Assembly: GCA_965205855.1 (NCBI GenBank)
Contig: OZ242184.1
Coordinates: forward strand, 1,248,001 to 1,312,000
Direction of reading: 5' to 3'
Source: Thermodesulfobacteriota bacterium
Lineage (GTDB): Bacteria > Desulfobacterota_D > UBA1144 > Nemesobacterales > Mycalebacteriaceae
Length of the DNA stretch: 64,000 bases
Numbering within the stretch: position 1 is the stretch's first letter; each line of letters begins with the position of its first letter. The notes below the pieces were generated by a model that was given only the letters and a program-made list of their open reading frames with translations, searched no databases and had not been told where the DNA came from. The position numbers were made by a program, and so were the translations under genes. Shown piece by piece: positions 18,525 to 27,127 of this stretch.

Positions 18525-20726
18525 TCAGACCTTTTTAAGAAAAGAAGCCATAATCCTTTTTCTTCCCACAGCGGGAAAGAAAACCGTTACTGCCGCCTTT
18601 ACGCCGTTGCCGTCAATCTTCAAAACCTTTCCGCGTCCGAATTGTTCATTGTGGACATAGACCCCGGCGGAAAATCCGTGACTTTCCGCGCAAGTGTCCG
18701 GAGTGGAAAGAGGAACCGCTTCGGGCTCTGTGGACGGAAAAACCGCAAACGGTTCGTCCCCGTGCGGATAGCACTCAAACATTTCCGGGACAAAATCCTC
18801 GTATTCTTTCAACTCATCGGGAATTTCGTCAAAAAATCGGGACAAACACGCGGGTTCTTTTTTCCCGTATGTGTTTTTTTGAACCGGATAACACAGAAAA
18901 AGCCGCTTTTTCGCCCGCGTCATCCCCACATAGCAAAGACGTCTTTCTTCCTCAATATCTTCGATTATTCCGCTTTTTGAGAGCGGAATAACATCTTCAT
19001 TCATACCAACTATGAATACGACCGGAAACTCAAGACCCTTGGACGCGTGAAGCGTCATAAGTTTCACCACACCTTCGCCGGCTTCGGTGTCCGTGTCACT
19101 TGCAAGGGCTATCTGTTCCACAAATCCCCGGAAATCAGAACCCACGACGCGGTCAAACTCATGGGCGGAATTGAGAAACTCGTCAATGTTTTCCTTTCTG
19201 TCTCCGCCTTTGTCCAGCAACTCCCGGTAACCGCTTTTTTCAATAACCTGATTCGCCGTTTCAAAGGCCCCTTTACCTTCGACAAACTCCGCGATGCCGT
19301 CCATCATACGCGCGAATTTTCCCACAGAAGTCGCCGCCCGTTTGGAAAGAAACCCGCCCTTCTCGGCGCCTCGGGCAGCTTCCATAATTGACAATCCGCC
19401 CGCGGCGGCAAACTCTGAAAGTTTCGTGACTGTCGCCTTGCCTATACCGCGCGGTGGTATGTTGATTACCCTCATCGCGGCGCTGTCATCGGAGGGATTC
19501 ATAAGAAGACGCAGATAAGAAACCACATCCTTGATCTCCGCCCTTGCGTAGAAACTGAGCGCGCCAACCAGAACGCACGAAAGTCCGTCTTCTTTGGCAA
19601 ACCTTTCTTCAATAAGCCGGGATTTGCTGTTTGTGCGGTAGAGAATGGCGAAATCACCGGGCGAAAAATCACCGTTTTCAACGAGCGGTTTAATTTTTGA
19701 AACAACAAAATCCGCCTCATCAAACTCATTGCGCGCCTCGTATATTGCTATTTTTTCACCCTCATCCCCATCCGTCCACATATCCTTTTTTACGCCGAGT
19801 TGGTTGTTAGTGATAAGAGCATTTGACGCCTTCAGTATAGTAGAAGTTGAGCGGTAATTTTTGCTGAGTTTAATCTCTTTCGCTCCCGGAAAATCTTCCG
19901 AAAAACCGAGAATGTTTTTCACATCCGCCCCGCGCCATCCGTATATTGACTGACTGTCATCGCCAACTGCGCAAACATCGGCGTTGTCCTCTCCGAGCAT
20001 TTTCACAATTTGATACTGAATGCGGTTTGTGTCCTGATATTCGTCAACCAGAATGTGCTTGAACCTTTTTCTGTACTTTTCCAGAGTTTCGCGGTCTTTG
20101 TTAAAAAGGCGGACAACAAACATAAGCAAATCGTTGAAATCAAGCGCGTTGGCTTTTTTCATCGCAGAGTCGCAGGCGGCAATTATCTCCATTTTTTCCG
20201 CAACATCTCTTTCGCCTTGGCGGAAATCCCGCGCAGACGGAGGAAAAACGCCGTCTCTTTTGAACCGTTCAATAATGCTTCTTATCAATTTGGGAGGAAT
20301 TCTCTCCTCTCTTATGTTCATTTCAAAAAGACATCTTTTAATCAGGTTTTTCTGATCGCCCGTGTCGTAAATAACAAAATTGCCTTTATATCCGAGCCCG
20401 AGATTTTCTATGTCGGCGCGCAGTATGCGTGCGCAGACGGAATGAAAGGTGCCAAGCCATATCCCCGCGATACTGTCGGGCAGAAGCGCCTCAACCCTTT
20501 CCCGTATCTCACGCGCCGCCCTGTTTGTGAATGTAACGGCGAGAATTTCCGATGGGCGGACTTGTTTCTCTTTTATGAGAAACGCTATACGGGTTGTAAG
20601 GACACGGGTTTTACCCGAACCTGCGCCCGCGAAAACAAGGAGGTGTCCGCCTGTGTGGGAAACCGCCTCGGACTGTTCGGGGTTGAGTCCTGCGGCGTTT
20701 TGAGTGGACTGTTCGTCTGTCTTCAT
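18525..20726 (-). CDS. pcrA: UvrD/PcrA ATP-dependent DNA helicase
   Basis: AGAGSGKT, VDEYQDTN, VGDDSQSIYGWRG, NYRS, LMTLHASKGLEF, EERRLCYVGMTRA, C-terminal Tudor-like domain. Confidence 0.95.
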   Translation of the reverse strand: MKTDEQSTQNAAGLNPEQSEAVSHTGGHLLVFAGAGSGKTRVLTTRIAFLIKEKQVRPSEILAVTFTNRAAREIRERVEALLPDSIAGIWLGTFHSVCARILRADIENLGLGYKGNFVIYDTGDQKNLIKRCLFEMNIREERIPPKLIRSIIERFKRDGVFPPSARDFRQGERDVAEKMEIIAACDSAMKKANALDFNDLLMFVVRLFNKDRETLEKYRKRFKHILVDEYQDTNRIQYQIVKMLGEDNADVCAVGDDSQSIYGWRGADVKNILGFSEDFPGAKEIKLSKNYRSTSTILKASNALITNNQLGVKKDMWTDGDEGEKIAIYEARNEFDEADFVVSKIKPLVENGDFSPGDFAILYRTNSKSRLIEERFAKEDGLSCVLVGALSFYARAEIKDVVSYLRLLMNPSDDSAAMRVINIPPRGIGKATVTKLSEFAAAGGLSIMEAARGAEKGGFLSKRAATSVGKFARMMDGIAEFVEGKGAFETANQVIEKSGYRELLDKGGDRKENIDEFLNSAHEFDRVVGSDFRGFVEQIALASDTDTEAGEGVVKLMTLHASKGLEFPVVFIVGMNEDVIPLSKSGIIEDIEEERRLCYVGMTRAKKRLFLCYPVQKNTYGKKEPACLSRFFDEIPDELKEYEDFVPEMFECYPHGDEPFAVFPSTEPEAVPLSTPDTCAESHGFSAGVYVHNEQFGRGKVLKIDGNGVKAAVTVFFPAVGRKRIMASFLKKV

Positions 20727-20738
20727 TTTGCAGGTGTT

Positions 20739-21491
20739 TCAGTCTTTTTGTTTGTCCGCCGCGCTTTCAGAAGAGCGGGAAAAGTGTATTCCGCACTCTT
20801 TGTCGGAACCGGATTCCCACCACCATCTTCCGGCTCTCGGATCTTCCCCCGGAGCGACCGCGCGCGTGCAGGGAGCGCAGCCGATTGACGGATATCCCAT
20901 GTCGTGCAGTTTGTTATACGGAACGCCGTTTGACCTCACATAGTCCCAGACCTCCTGTTCGGTCCAGTTGACTATCGGGTTGATTTTCAAAATTCCCCCA
21001 TTAACAAGGTCTTTCTCAAATTTGCGTGCCAGAGCCCGCTGTTCGGTCTGATTGCTACGCAGAGAAGTTATCCACCCGTCAACTCCGCGCAGGTATTTGC
21101 GGAGCGGGTTAACCTTCCTCACCCCGCAACACATACGCCTGTTTTCCACGCCCCGGTAGAAAAAGTTTATACCATGCTTAGAGACCATGTCGCCGACCTC
21201 AAGCGCATCGGGAAAAACAACCTCAATGCGCGCGCCGTATTTTTCCCTCACCTGCTCCATCACTTCGAAGGTCTCGGAATTCAGCCGTCCGGTGTCAAGG
21301 GTGAAGATACGCGCGTCCGGTTTCACTTTCATAAGGATGTCTATCAAGACCGTCCCCTGTGCCTGAAAACTCGTGGCGAGCGCGACTTTGGGGTGAAGTT
21401 TTTCAATAGTCCAAGCCAGAACATCCGCGGGATTTTTATCCGCGAACCGCCTGTTCAATTCATCAATTTGCGCCGCTGTAAATTCCATCAT
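20739..21491 (-). CDS. cysH: APS/PAPS reductase (Fe-S, APS-reductase type)
   Basis: LDTGRL, CC..RKV.PL, GYPSIGCAPCT, RAGRWWWE, ECGIH. The CC plus CxxC cluster ligands indicate an APS reductase. Confidence 0.93.
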   Translation of the reverse strand: MMEFTAAQIDELNRRFADKNPADVLAWTIEKLHPKVALATSFQAQGTVLIDILMKVKPDARIFTLDTGRLNSETFEVMEQVREKYGARIEVVFPDALEVGDMVSKHGINFFYRGVENRRMCCGVRKVNPLRKYLRGVDGWITSLRSNQTEQRALARKFEKDLVNGGILKINPIVNWTEQEVWDYVRSNGVPYNKLHDMGYPSIGCAPCTRAVAPGEDPRAGRWWWESGSDKECGIHFSRSSESAADKQKD

Positions 21492-21495
21492 TTCC

Positions 21496-22473
21496 TTATT
21501 GTAGCACAAACAGCATTGCGGCGAAGTATCCGATTGCCACCGTGAAAAACGGCACCGCGAGCCAGAAAAACGCTATTTTGAGCACATGCCGGTTTTTCGC
21601 CGTTGTGCCAAATCCGTGCTGCGCGCAGGAAAAGCCTATAATTCCCGCAGTTACGATTTCGGTTATTGAAACGGGAATCCCCGCAAGAGACGCAACGATG
21701 ATTATCAGCGCGGCGGTCGCCTCAACGGTTATCGCCCTTATCAGGCATATCTCCGTTATTTCCTTCCCCACGGTTTCAAGAACCCTTCCGCCAAGCACAA
21801 GCGCCCCGACGGCCATTGCCACGCCCGCAAGAAGCGCGCCCGTCGAGGATTGTACAATTCCCAGTCCGACAATCGGGCCCACGGCGTTTGCGGAGTTGTT
21901 CGCGCCCGCGGCAAAAGCAAGAAAAATACCTGAAACCGTTATGCAAAGTTTCAGCACACTGCTGACGCCTTTCTCGGAAAAATTGTCGGCAAGATAGTTG
22001 AGGATTTTGTAATACAAAAACTTGCCCACAAGAAAACCTATAAGCCATGACAAGACCGGCGCAGCAACCCACCAGACAACTATTTCATAAAAACGGGCAT
22101 AGTTGAGAGCCCCGAAGAAAATACCCATGCCCACGATTGAACATACAATGGCATGAGTTGTGGCAACCGGAATTTTTGATATGTTCGCCCACGAAACAAA
22201 AACAAGCGCGATAACAAGCACTATGACCGTGAGAACGGCGTCGTTTGAGATTGTTTCGTGCGGAACCAGACCCTTACCTATTGTTTCCACAACCGGAGCG
22301 CCGGCGAGAATCGCGCCGAGAATCGCAAAAACCGCGATAATCCAAACCGCCTGCCTCTTTGTTCTCGCTCCCGCCCCGTAGGAAGACGCCATCGCGGCGG
22401 CGGAGTTGTTCGCGCCGATATTCACGGCGAGAAATCCTGACAAAACAACGGCGGATATCAAAATCAGTTCCAT
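21496..22473 (-). CDS. PiT-family anion permease, likely sulfate permease (CysP-like)
   Basis: Two PiT signatures (IGANNSAAAM, AGANNSANAVG); 4 nt upstream of cysH, as with B. subtilis CysP in its cysH operon. Confidence 0.8.
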   Translation of the reverse strand: MELILISAVVLSGFLAVNIGANNSAAAMASSYGAGARTKRQAVWIIAVFAILGAILAGAPVVETIGKGLVPHETISNDAVLTVIVLVIALVFVSWANISKIPVATTHAIVCSIVGMGIFFGALNYARFYEIVVWWVAAPVLSWLIGFLVGKFLYYKILNYLADNFSEKGVSSVLKLCITVSGIFLAFAAGANNSANAVGPIVGLGIVQSSTGALLAGVAMAVGALVLGGRVLETVGKEITEICLIRAITVEATAALIIIVASLAGIPVSITEIVTAGIIGFSCAQHGFGTTAKNRHVLKIAFFWLAVPFFTVAIGYFAAMLFVLQ

Positions 22474-22541
22474 ATCAAAACTCTCTCAAACAAACTGCAA
22501 AGAAAACTCCGGCGCGTTTTCCCCTGTGGTAAGGAAACGCG

Positions 22542-22590
22542 AAAAAAACGCATGTTTTCAATGCCCTGTAAAAAACAGGGGAAAACTGCG
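22542..22590 (-). terminator. intrinsic terminator-like hairpin in the leader of the permease-cysH operon (putative attenuator)
   Basis: RNA CGCA-GUUUUC-CCCUGU-(U5)-ACAGGG-cauu-GAAAAC-a-UGCG-U7: 16-bp bulged stem plus U7 tail, starting 5 nt after the leader ORF stop. Confidence 0.7.
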
Positions 22591-22595
22591 CTCAA

Positions 22596-22682
22596 TCACA
22601 TACAACAGGAACAGCACACGCAACCGCAGGAACAGCGGTGGGTGCAAAAAGAGACAAAACAGTTGTAAAACGCATCTGACAT
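22596..22682 (-). CDS. Cys-rich leader peptide (putative attenuation peptide), 28 aa
   Basis: Manual translation MSDAFYNCFVSFCTHRCSCGCVCCSCCM*, 9 Cys; same strand and upstream of the sulfate-assimilation genes; below the ORF-track size cutoff. Confidence 0.75.
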   Translation of the reverse strand: MSDAFYNCFVSFCTHRCSCGCVCCSCCM

Positions 22683-22712
22683 TGTTTGCAACTCATCCGA
22701 TTTCAGGAGAAA

Positions 22713-22741
22713 GTAATATGTGGAAAAAAGGGGAAAGTCAA
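22713..22741 (-). promoter_or_regulatory. putative sigma70 promoter for leader-permease-cysH
   Basis: TTGACT-17 nt-TATTAC, 30 nt upstream of the leader ATG. Confidence 0.5.
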
Positions 22742-22762
22742 TCATCACAGGCTGAAAAGCGT

Positions 22763-23305
22763 TCACTCAACCAGATCTTTCACATCAAATATACTGAAAA
22801 ACTCAATCCCTTCATCGGAGAAAATTTTGCTTGATTCGGCGCGACTGACAACCGCCATAACCTTTGAAACCTCCACGCCCGCGGCTCTCACCGCTTCAAT
22901 CGCACCCATAACCGAGCCGCCCGTGGTAACAACATCTTCAACCATCACGACGCGGTCTCCTTTCTCCAAATTACCCTCAATCAGTTTCTGCGTCCCGTGG
23001 TTTTTTTCCGCTTTGCGAACTATAAAACCCCGGACATCGGTTCTTTCGCATAATGACAGTATCGCTCCGACTATCGGGTCGGCTCCGAGCGTGGGGCCTC
23101 CAATGGCGTTTGCGTCTTTATCCTTTGAAAACTCGGCAAGAAAAATCGTGGCAATCAGCCGCGCGCCTTCGGGGTGAAGCGTGGTTTTTCTGGCGTCTAT
23201 GTAAAGACTGCTTTTTTTACCCGAAGCAAGGGTGTAATCACCAAAGACAACGGACTGCTCAAGCAGTATGCGACGCAAATCGTCCCTTTCGTTTTTCAAA
23301 TTCAT
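22763..23305 (-). CDS. pyrE: orotate phosphoribosyltransferase
   Basis: YTLASGKKSSLYID, IGGPTLGADP, VRKAEKNHGT, MVEDVVTTGGS. Confidence 0.95.
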   Translation of the reverse strand: MNLKNERDDLRRILLEQSVVFGDYTLASGKKSSLYIDARKTTLHPEGARLIATIFLAEFSKDKDANAIGGPTLGADPIVGAILSLCERTDVRGFIVRKAEKNHGTQKLIEGNLEKGDRVVMVEDVVTTGGSVMGAIEAVRAAGVEVSKVMAVVSRAESSKIFSDEGIEFFSIFDVKDLVE

Positions 23306-23310
23306 AAAAC

Positions 23311-23378
23311 CGGATTGAAATTACACCGCTACGCCTCGTTATTCAATCCGTTACGTTCAATCCGCCTCGCTCAATCTG
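23311..23378. repeat. three direct and one inverted copy of TTCAATCCG-like 9-mer
   Basis: TTCAATCCG at 23342 and 23356, CTCAATCTG at 23370 (14-nt period); inverted CGGATTGAA at 23311-23319. Confidence 0.7.
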
Positions 23379-23397
23379 TTATTGTTTTTCTTCGGAA

Positions 23398-24795
23398 ATG
23401 ACAAACACAAACGCGACAACCGCTCTCGGAGCGGCGGCAACCGTGATGCTCTGGGCTATCACCGCACTTTCGGACAGGTTCGGGAGTTTTCCTCAGGGAC
23501 TTGCGGAAATGCCCGTAATTGAAACAGTCGCCCTTCTTTGCGCCTCGGCGGTTTTCTATCTTGGCGCCGTGCGTTTTGCCGGACGGGAAAGCGGTGCGTT
23601 GCCGTTCGCGCTTGTTTTTGGAATCGGGATTTTGATGAGAGCGGCGGGGCTCTTTGCAAGCCCGGTTCTTGAAGATGATTACTTCAGATACCTATGGGAC
23701 GGCGCGGTCGCGGCAAAGGGAATAAATCCATATCTGTTCTCTCCCTCGGAAGCCGTTACGGGAGAGGCTGGAGACGCTCTTGAAGTGCTCGCGGCGCAGT
23801 CTGGCGAGGTCGTGTGGCGCGTAAACCATCCTTATCTGAAAACAATCTACCCTCCTGCAACGCAGGCTTTTTTTGCCTTATCAAATGTTATCTCGGAGTG
23901 GAGCGTGGGAGTCTGGCGGCTTGTCCTGCTCACGGCGGATGTGGCGACTTTTTTCATTTTACGAGCAATGGGCGGAAATAAAACCAATCCCGTAATCTAC
24001 TGGTGGAATCCGCTTGTCGTCTTTGCCTTTTTTTTCTCATGTCATTTTGACGCGTTGGTGTTCCCGTTTGTTCTCGGCGCGCTCGCGGCGACGAGGAAAA
24101 ATCGCGGGAATCTCGCCGTTTTACTGCTTTCCGTCTCAGTCTCGGTAAAGTTGTGGACGGCGGCGCTGATTGCGCCGCTTGTCCGCGGCGCCGGTGGAGG
24201 CGCGAAAAAAACCCTCGCGCTGATAGCGCTTTTTGCCGCCTCCGCAACAGCGATGCTTTCTCCCCTTCTTTTTTACGGATTGGGTGAAAACTCCGGTCTT
24301 GCCGCTTACGCGGAAAGCTGGGAAAATAACAGCTCGTTTTTCAGACTCAATCTGCTCGCTTCGCGAAACATGGCGGAGTTGGCCGGGTTCCACCCCGGAT
24401 ACGGACAGATAGCGGCAAGGATTTCCACCGCCGTTATAATCACGCTCGGTGCCGCTTACGGTTTTTTCTCAAACAGATGGAAAAGCGATGACACCGCTGG
24501 AAGGTTTCTTTTTGTTTCCGCCCTTGTGTTCCTCGTTCTGCCAACCCAGTTCCCGTGGTACTACTGCTGGATTGTCCCGTTTCTCGCTTTGAGAAAAGAC
24601 GGGGCAAAATGGTCCCTGCTCGTCCTCACCGCTCTTCTTCCGCTCTACTACACAAAGTACCGGATTGAACAGCCGGAAAACGGCGGGCTGTTTGACGGCC
24701 TTATTGTGTGGATTGAATTCGTTCCGGTGTGGATAATGTTGTTTTTTGAACAAATACGAAGCAAAACGGCGGTGAGATTGAAAGATGAGGTTTGA
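23398..24795 (+). CDS. GT-C fold polytopic membrane glycosyltransferase (GT87-like)
   Basis: EDDYFRYLWDG...GINPY...P, TIYPP, YWWNPL, PWY motifs; many TM helices. Confidence 0.7.
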   Translation: MTNTNATTALGAAATVMLWAITALSDRFGSFPQGLAEMPVIETVALLCASAVFYLGAVRFAGRESGALPFALVFGIGILMRAAGLFASPVLEDDYFRYLWDGAVAAKGINPYLFSPSEAVTGEAGDALEVLAAQSGEVVWRVNHPYLKTIYPPATQAFFALSNVISEWSVGVWRLVLLTADVATFFILRAMGGNKTNPVIYWWNPLVVFAFFFSCHFDALVFPFVLGALAATRKNRGNLAVLLLSVSVSVKLWTAALIAPLVRGAGGGAKKTLALIALFAASATAMLSPLLFYGLGENSGLAAYAESWENNSSFFRLNLLASRNMAELAGFHPGYGQIAARISTAVIITLGAAYGFFSNRWKSDDTAGRFLFVSALVFLVLPTQFPWYYCWIVPFLALRKDGAKWSLLVLTALLPLYYTKYRIEQPENGGLFDGLIVWIEFVPVWIMLFFEQIRSKTAVRLKDEV

Positions 24796-25726
24796 AAAAG
24801 AAATCGCCGCCGCGCTTCCGGCGATCGCGCAAACATGCCTATTGTGCCTGTCCGCGCGACGCAAAGGGTTTGCGGATGCGGAAAAAAAGAAAGACAAAAC
24901 ACCCGTAACTGCAGCGGACTACGCGGCGCAGTTCATACTGACAAAAACCTTGAGAAAAACATTTCCGCGCGACGAGATTGTGGCGGAGGAGTCCCCCGAC
25001 CTTCCCGGCGGAACGGGCGGCGGCATGCTTGCGAAAATTCTGCAACTGCTCCCCGGAGAGAACGGCGGAGATATTCTGGAAACTCTGGGGTGCGGAGCGG
25101 GAAACGCGCACGCCAAAAGATTCTGGACGATTGACCCGATTGACGGAACGGCCGGATTTATAAGGGGCGCGCAGTTTGCGGTCGCGGTCGCTCTGGTTGA
25201 AGAGGGCGAGGTCTCACTCGGATTTCTCGGCTGCCCCGGACTCGGATTTATAATGCATGCCGCGCGCGACCTGGGGCTTTACAAAACCGGTGTTGACGGC
25301 TCCGGAGGAAAAAGGATTTTCCCACAAAAGCCACGCGAGGAGAAAATAGTCCTATGCGAAACAGCGGCCGGAACACCGGACGCATACGGCGTTTCGGGAA
25401 AGATCATACGCGGAGCGGCATCATTGACGGGAAAACGGACAGAGGCAATCACAATGGACGGCCAGTGTAAATATGCTCTTGTCGCGGAGCGGTCGGCGGA
25501 TGTTTTCCTGCGCGTTCCCAACTCCGGAGGGCGGAGGGAGAATATCTGGGACCATGCGGCGGGAGCCGTGATCGCGGGCGAATCGGGAGCAGAGGTCTCT
25601 GATTTTGACGGAGCCGTGCTTGATTTTTCCACAGGCGCGCAACTTGCACGCAACAGGGGAATAGTCGCCGCGGCGCGGGAGATTCACGGTGACATTATAA
25701 ACTCAATACAAAAAGCGGAAATTTGA
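24785..25726 (+). CDS. 3'(2'),5'-bisphosphate nucleotidase, HAL2-like (inositol monophosphatase family)
   Basis: DKTPVTAADY, AEE, WTIDPIDGT.GF.RG.QFAV, LGCP, Q.KY, ENIWDHAAG. Confidence 0.85.
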   Translation: MRFEKEIAAALPAIAQTCLLCLSARRKGFADAEKKKDKTPVTAADYAAQFILTKTLRKTFPRDEIVAEESPDLPGGTGGGMLAKILQLLPGENGGDILETLGCGAGNAHAKRFWTIDPIDGTAGFIRGAQFAVAVALVEEGEVSLGFLGCPGLGFIMHAARDLGLYKTGVDGSGGKRIFPQKPREEKIVLCETAAGTPDAYGVSGKIIRGAASLTGKRTEAITMDGQCKYALVAERSADVFLRVPNSGGRRENIWDHAAGAVIAGESGAEVSDFDGAVLDFSTGAQLARNRGIVAAAREIHGDIINSIQKAEI

Positions 25727-25798
25727 AAAAAAATTCTCCGCCCGCCACCGCGCCGTGTTATTATTTGAACCTACTTAATAATTCCGGAGAGAAAACCA

Positions 25799-27127
25799 AT
25801 GGCCACAAAAAAAACAATCAAAAAACTTTCCAAACGCTACGAGGACGCACTCAAATATCCGCTGTTTGATTCCATATTCAACCGCCGTTCACGAAGGTTC
25901 GGGCTTGGGATGGAGCTACCGCAAACAAGCACACTCGGTTTTAAATCCGCATACAAACCCGTGCCGCTTGAAGAAATGGAAGAGGCCCTTCTCGTATGGT
26001 CGGGCACGGGGTTGACCGGTCTGTGCCTTGCCGACCTGCCACCCGAAAATGGAATTGACCTCTTGTGTCAGTGGACGGGAAGAACATGGCCATCCGCATG
26101 CAACAACCACGGAACCGAACTGTTTTTCACAAACGACAAAGGGCTTTACCATGTTGATGTCAAGCATATGCTTCCCGAACCGGGAGAACTTGATATGTTT
26201 TTCAAGATGGGAAAACAGAAGCGCATAGACCGGCTTCTGGAACTCTACAGAAAAAGTCTTGTCAAACTTGAGAATAAAAGAGCCGACCTGCCGGACAAAA
26301 TGCCGGGACTGTTTGACTTCAACCAGTGGAACACAAACAAACCCGGAACCTCGGTCTTTATACCGGTAACTGATGTTACCGAAGAGTATCTGAACCTTCT
26401 GCTCCTCTACTGTAGCAACAGTTACGGATTTTCCATCACGGACGACCTGACGGGAAAACCCGCCGGTCTCAAAAAATGGATAAAAAAAGGAAGAATCAAG
26501 GAAGAGGTAAAACTCTCGCTATTTGACCTTGAAGTCAGAATTCTCACGGGGCTTAACGTGGAGCAGGCGTTTGTGTGCCAGAACATGAGCCTCTCCCTTC
26601 AGGCACTCGGCCTTGCCGGGTGGACATTTACCGGGCTTGTGCCTCGCTTCGCGATGGGAGGAGTACCCGACCTGTTCAAGGGGCTCGGTTTCAGATTCAT
26701 TCAACCGAAAAGAGGCTCCATAAACCCGCCCAACACCGTCCCGGTCGGAAGAGACGGAGTTTTTGAAGGATACTGCCCGCCATATTACAAAAACATGGAC
26801 GCCGCGATTGACGCGTTTCTGGAGCACAAGGAAGCGGCGTGGCAAAGCAACAAACCGTTCCCGTACACCGAGCCGGACAAACACCTTATGCAGGCACCCA
26901 GACCCACGGAAACGACAATCCAGATTGTGCGCGATGTCGCAAACTACATATATGACAGATACGGGCGTTTTCCCGCGTTTGTTGACCCGATGTATATGCG
27001 GCTTGTATTTCAGGCGATGCACATAGACCCTGAGTTTTACGATATGTATTATCCGAAAGGGGCATACACCGATGTTCATATGCAAGCATTTAAGAGCACC
27101 CGTTCGCAGAGAGTGAAGAAACGGTGA
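25799..27127 (+). CDS. uncharacterised protein, probable nitroreductase-like FMN-binding fold
   Basis: RRSRRF near the N-terminus, GRTWPSA, and QNMSLSLQALGLAGW resemble nitroreductase/SagB elements; GGAG RBS. Confidence 0.5.
   Translation: MATKKTIKKLSKRYEDALKYPLFDSIFNRRSRRFGLGMELPQTSTLGFKSAYKPVPLEEMEEALLVWSGTGLTGLCLADLPPENGIDLLCQWTGRTWPSACNNHGTELFFTNDKGLYHVDVKHMLPEPGELDMFFKMGKQKRIDRLLELYRKSLVKLENKRADLPDKMPGLFDFNQWNTNKPGTSVFIPVTDVTEEYLNLLLLYCSNSYGFSITDDLTGKPAGLKKWIKKGRIKEEVKLSLFDLEVRILTGLNVEQAFVCQNMSLSLQALGLAGWTFTGLVPRFAMGGVPDLFKGLGFRFIQPKRGSINPPNTVPVGRDGVFEGYCPPYYKNMDAAIDAFLEHKEAAWQSNKPFPYTEPDKHLMQAPRPTETTIQIVRDVANYIYDRYGRFPAFVDPMYMRLVFQAMHIDPEFYDMYYPKGAYTDVHMQAFKSTRSQRVKKR

Noticed and set aside
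22406-22834. 142-aa plus-strand ORF across the cys leader region
   Set aside because: Antisense to the permease, leader ORF and pyrE; its RNS repeats mirror the Cys/Ser codons.
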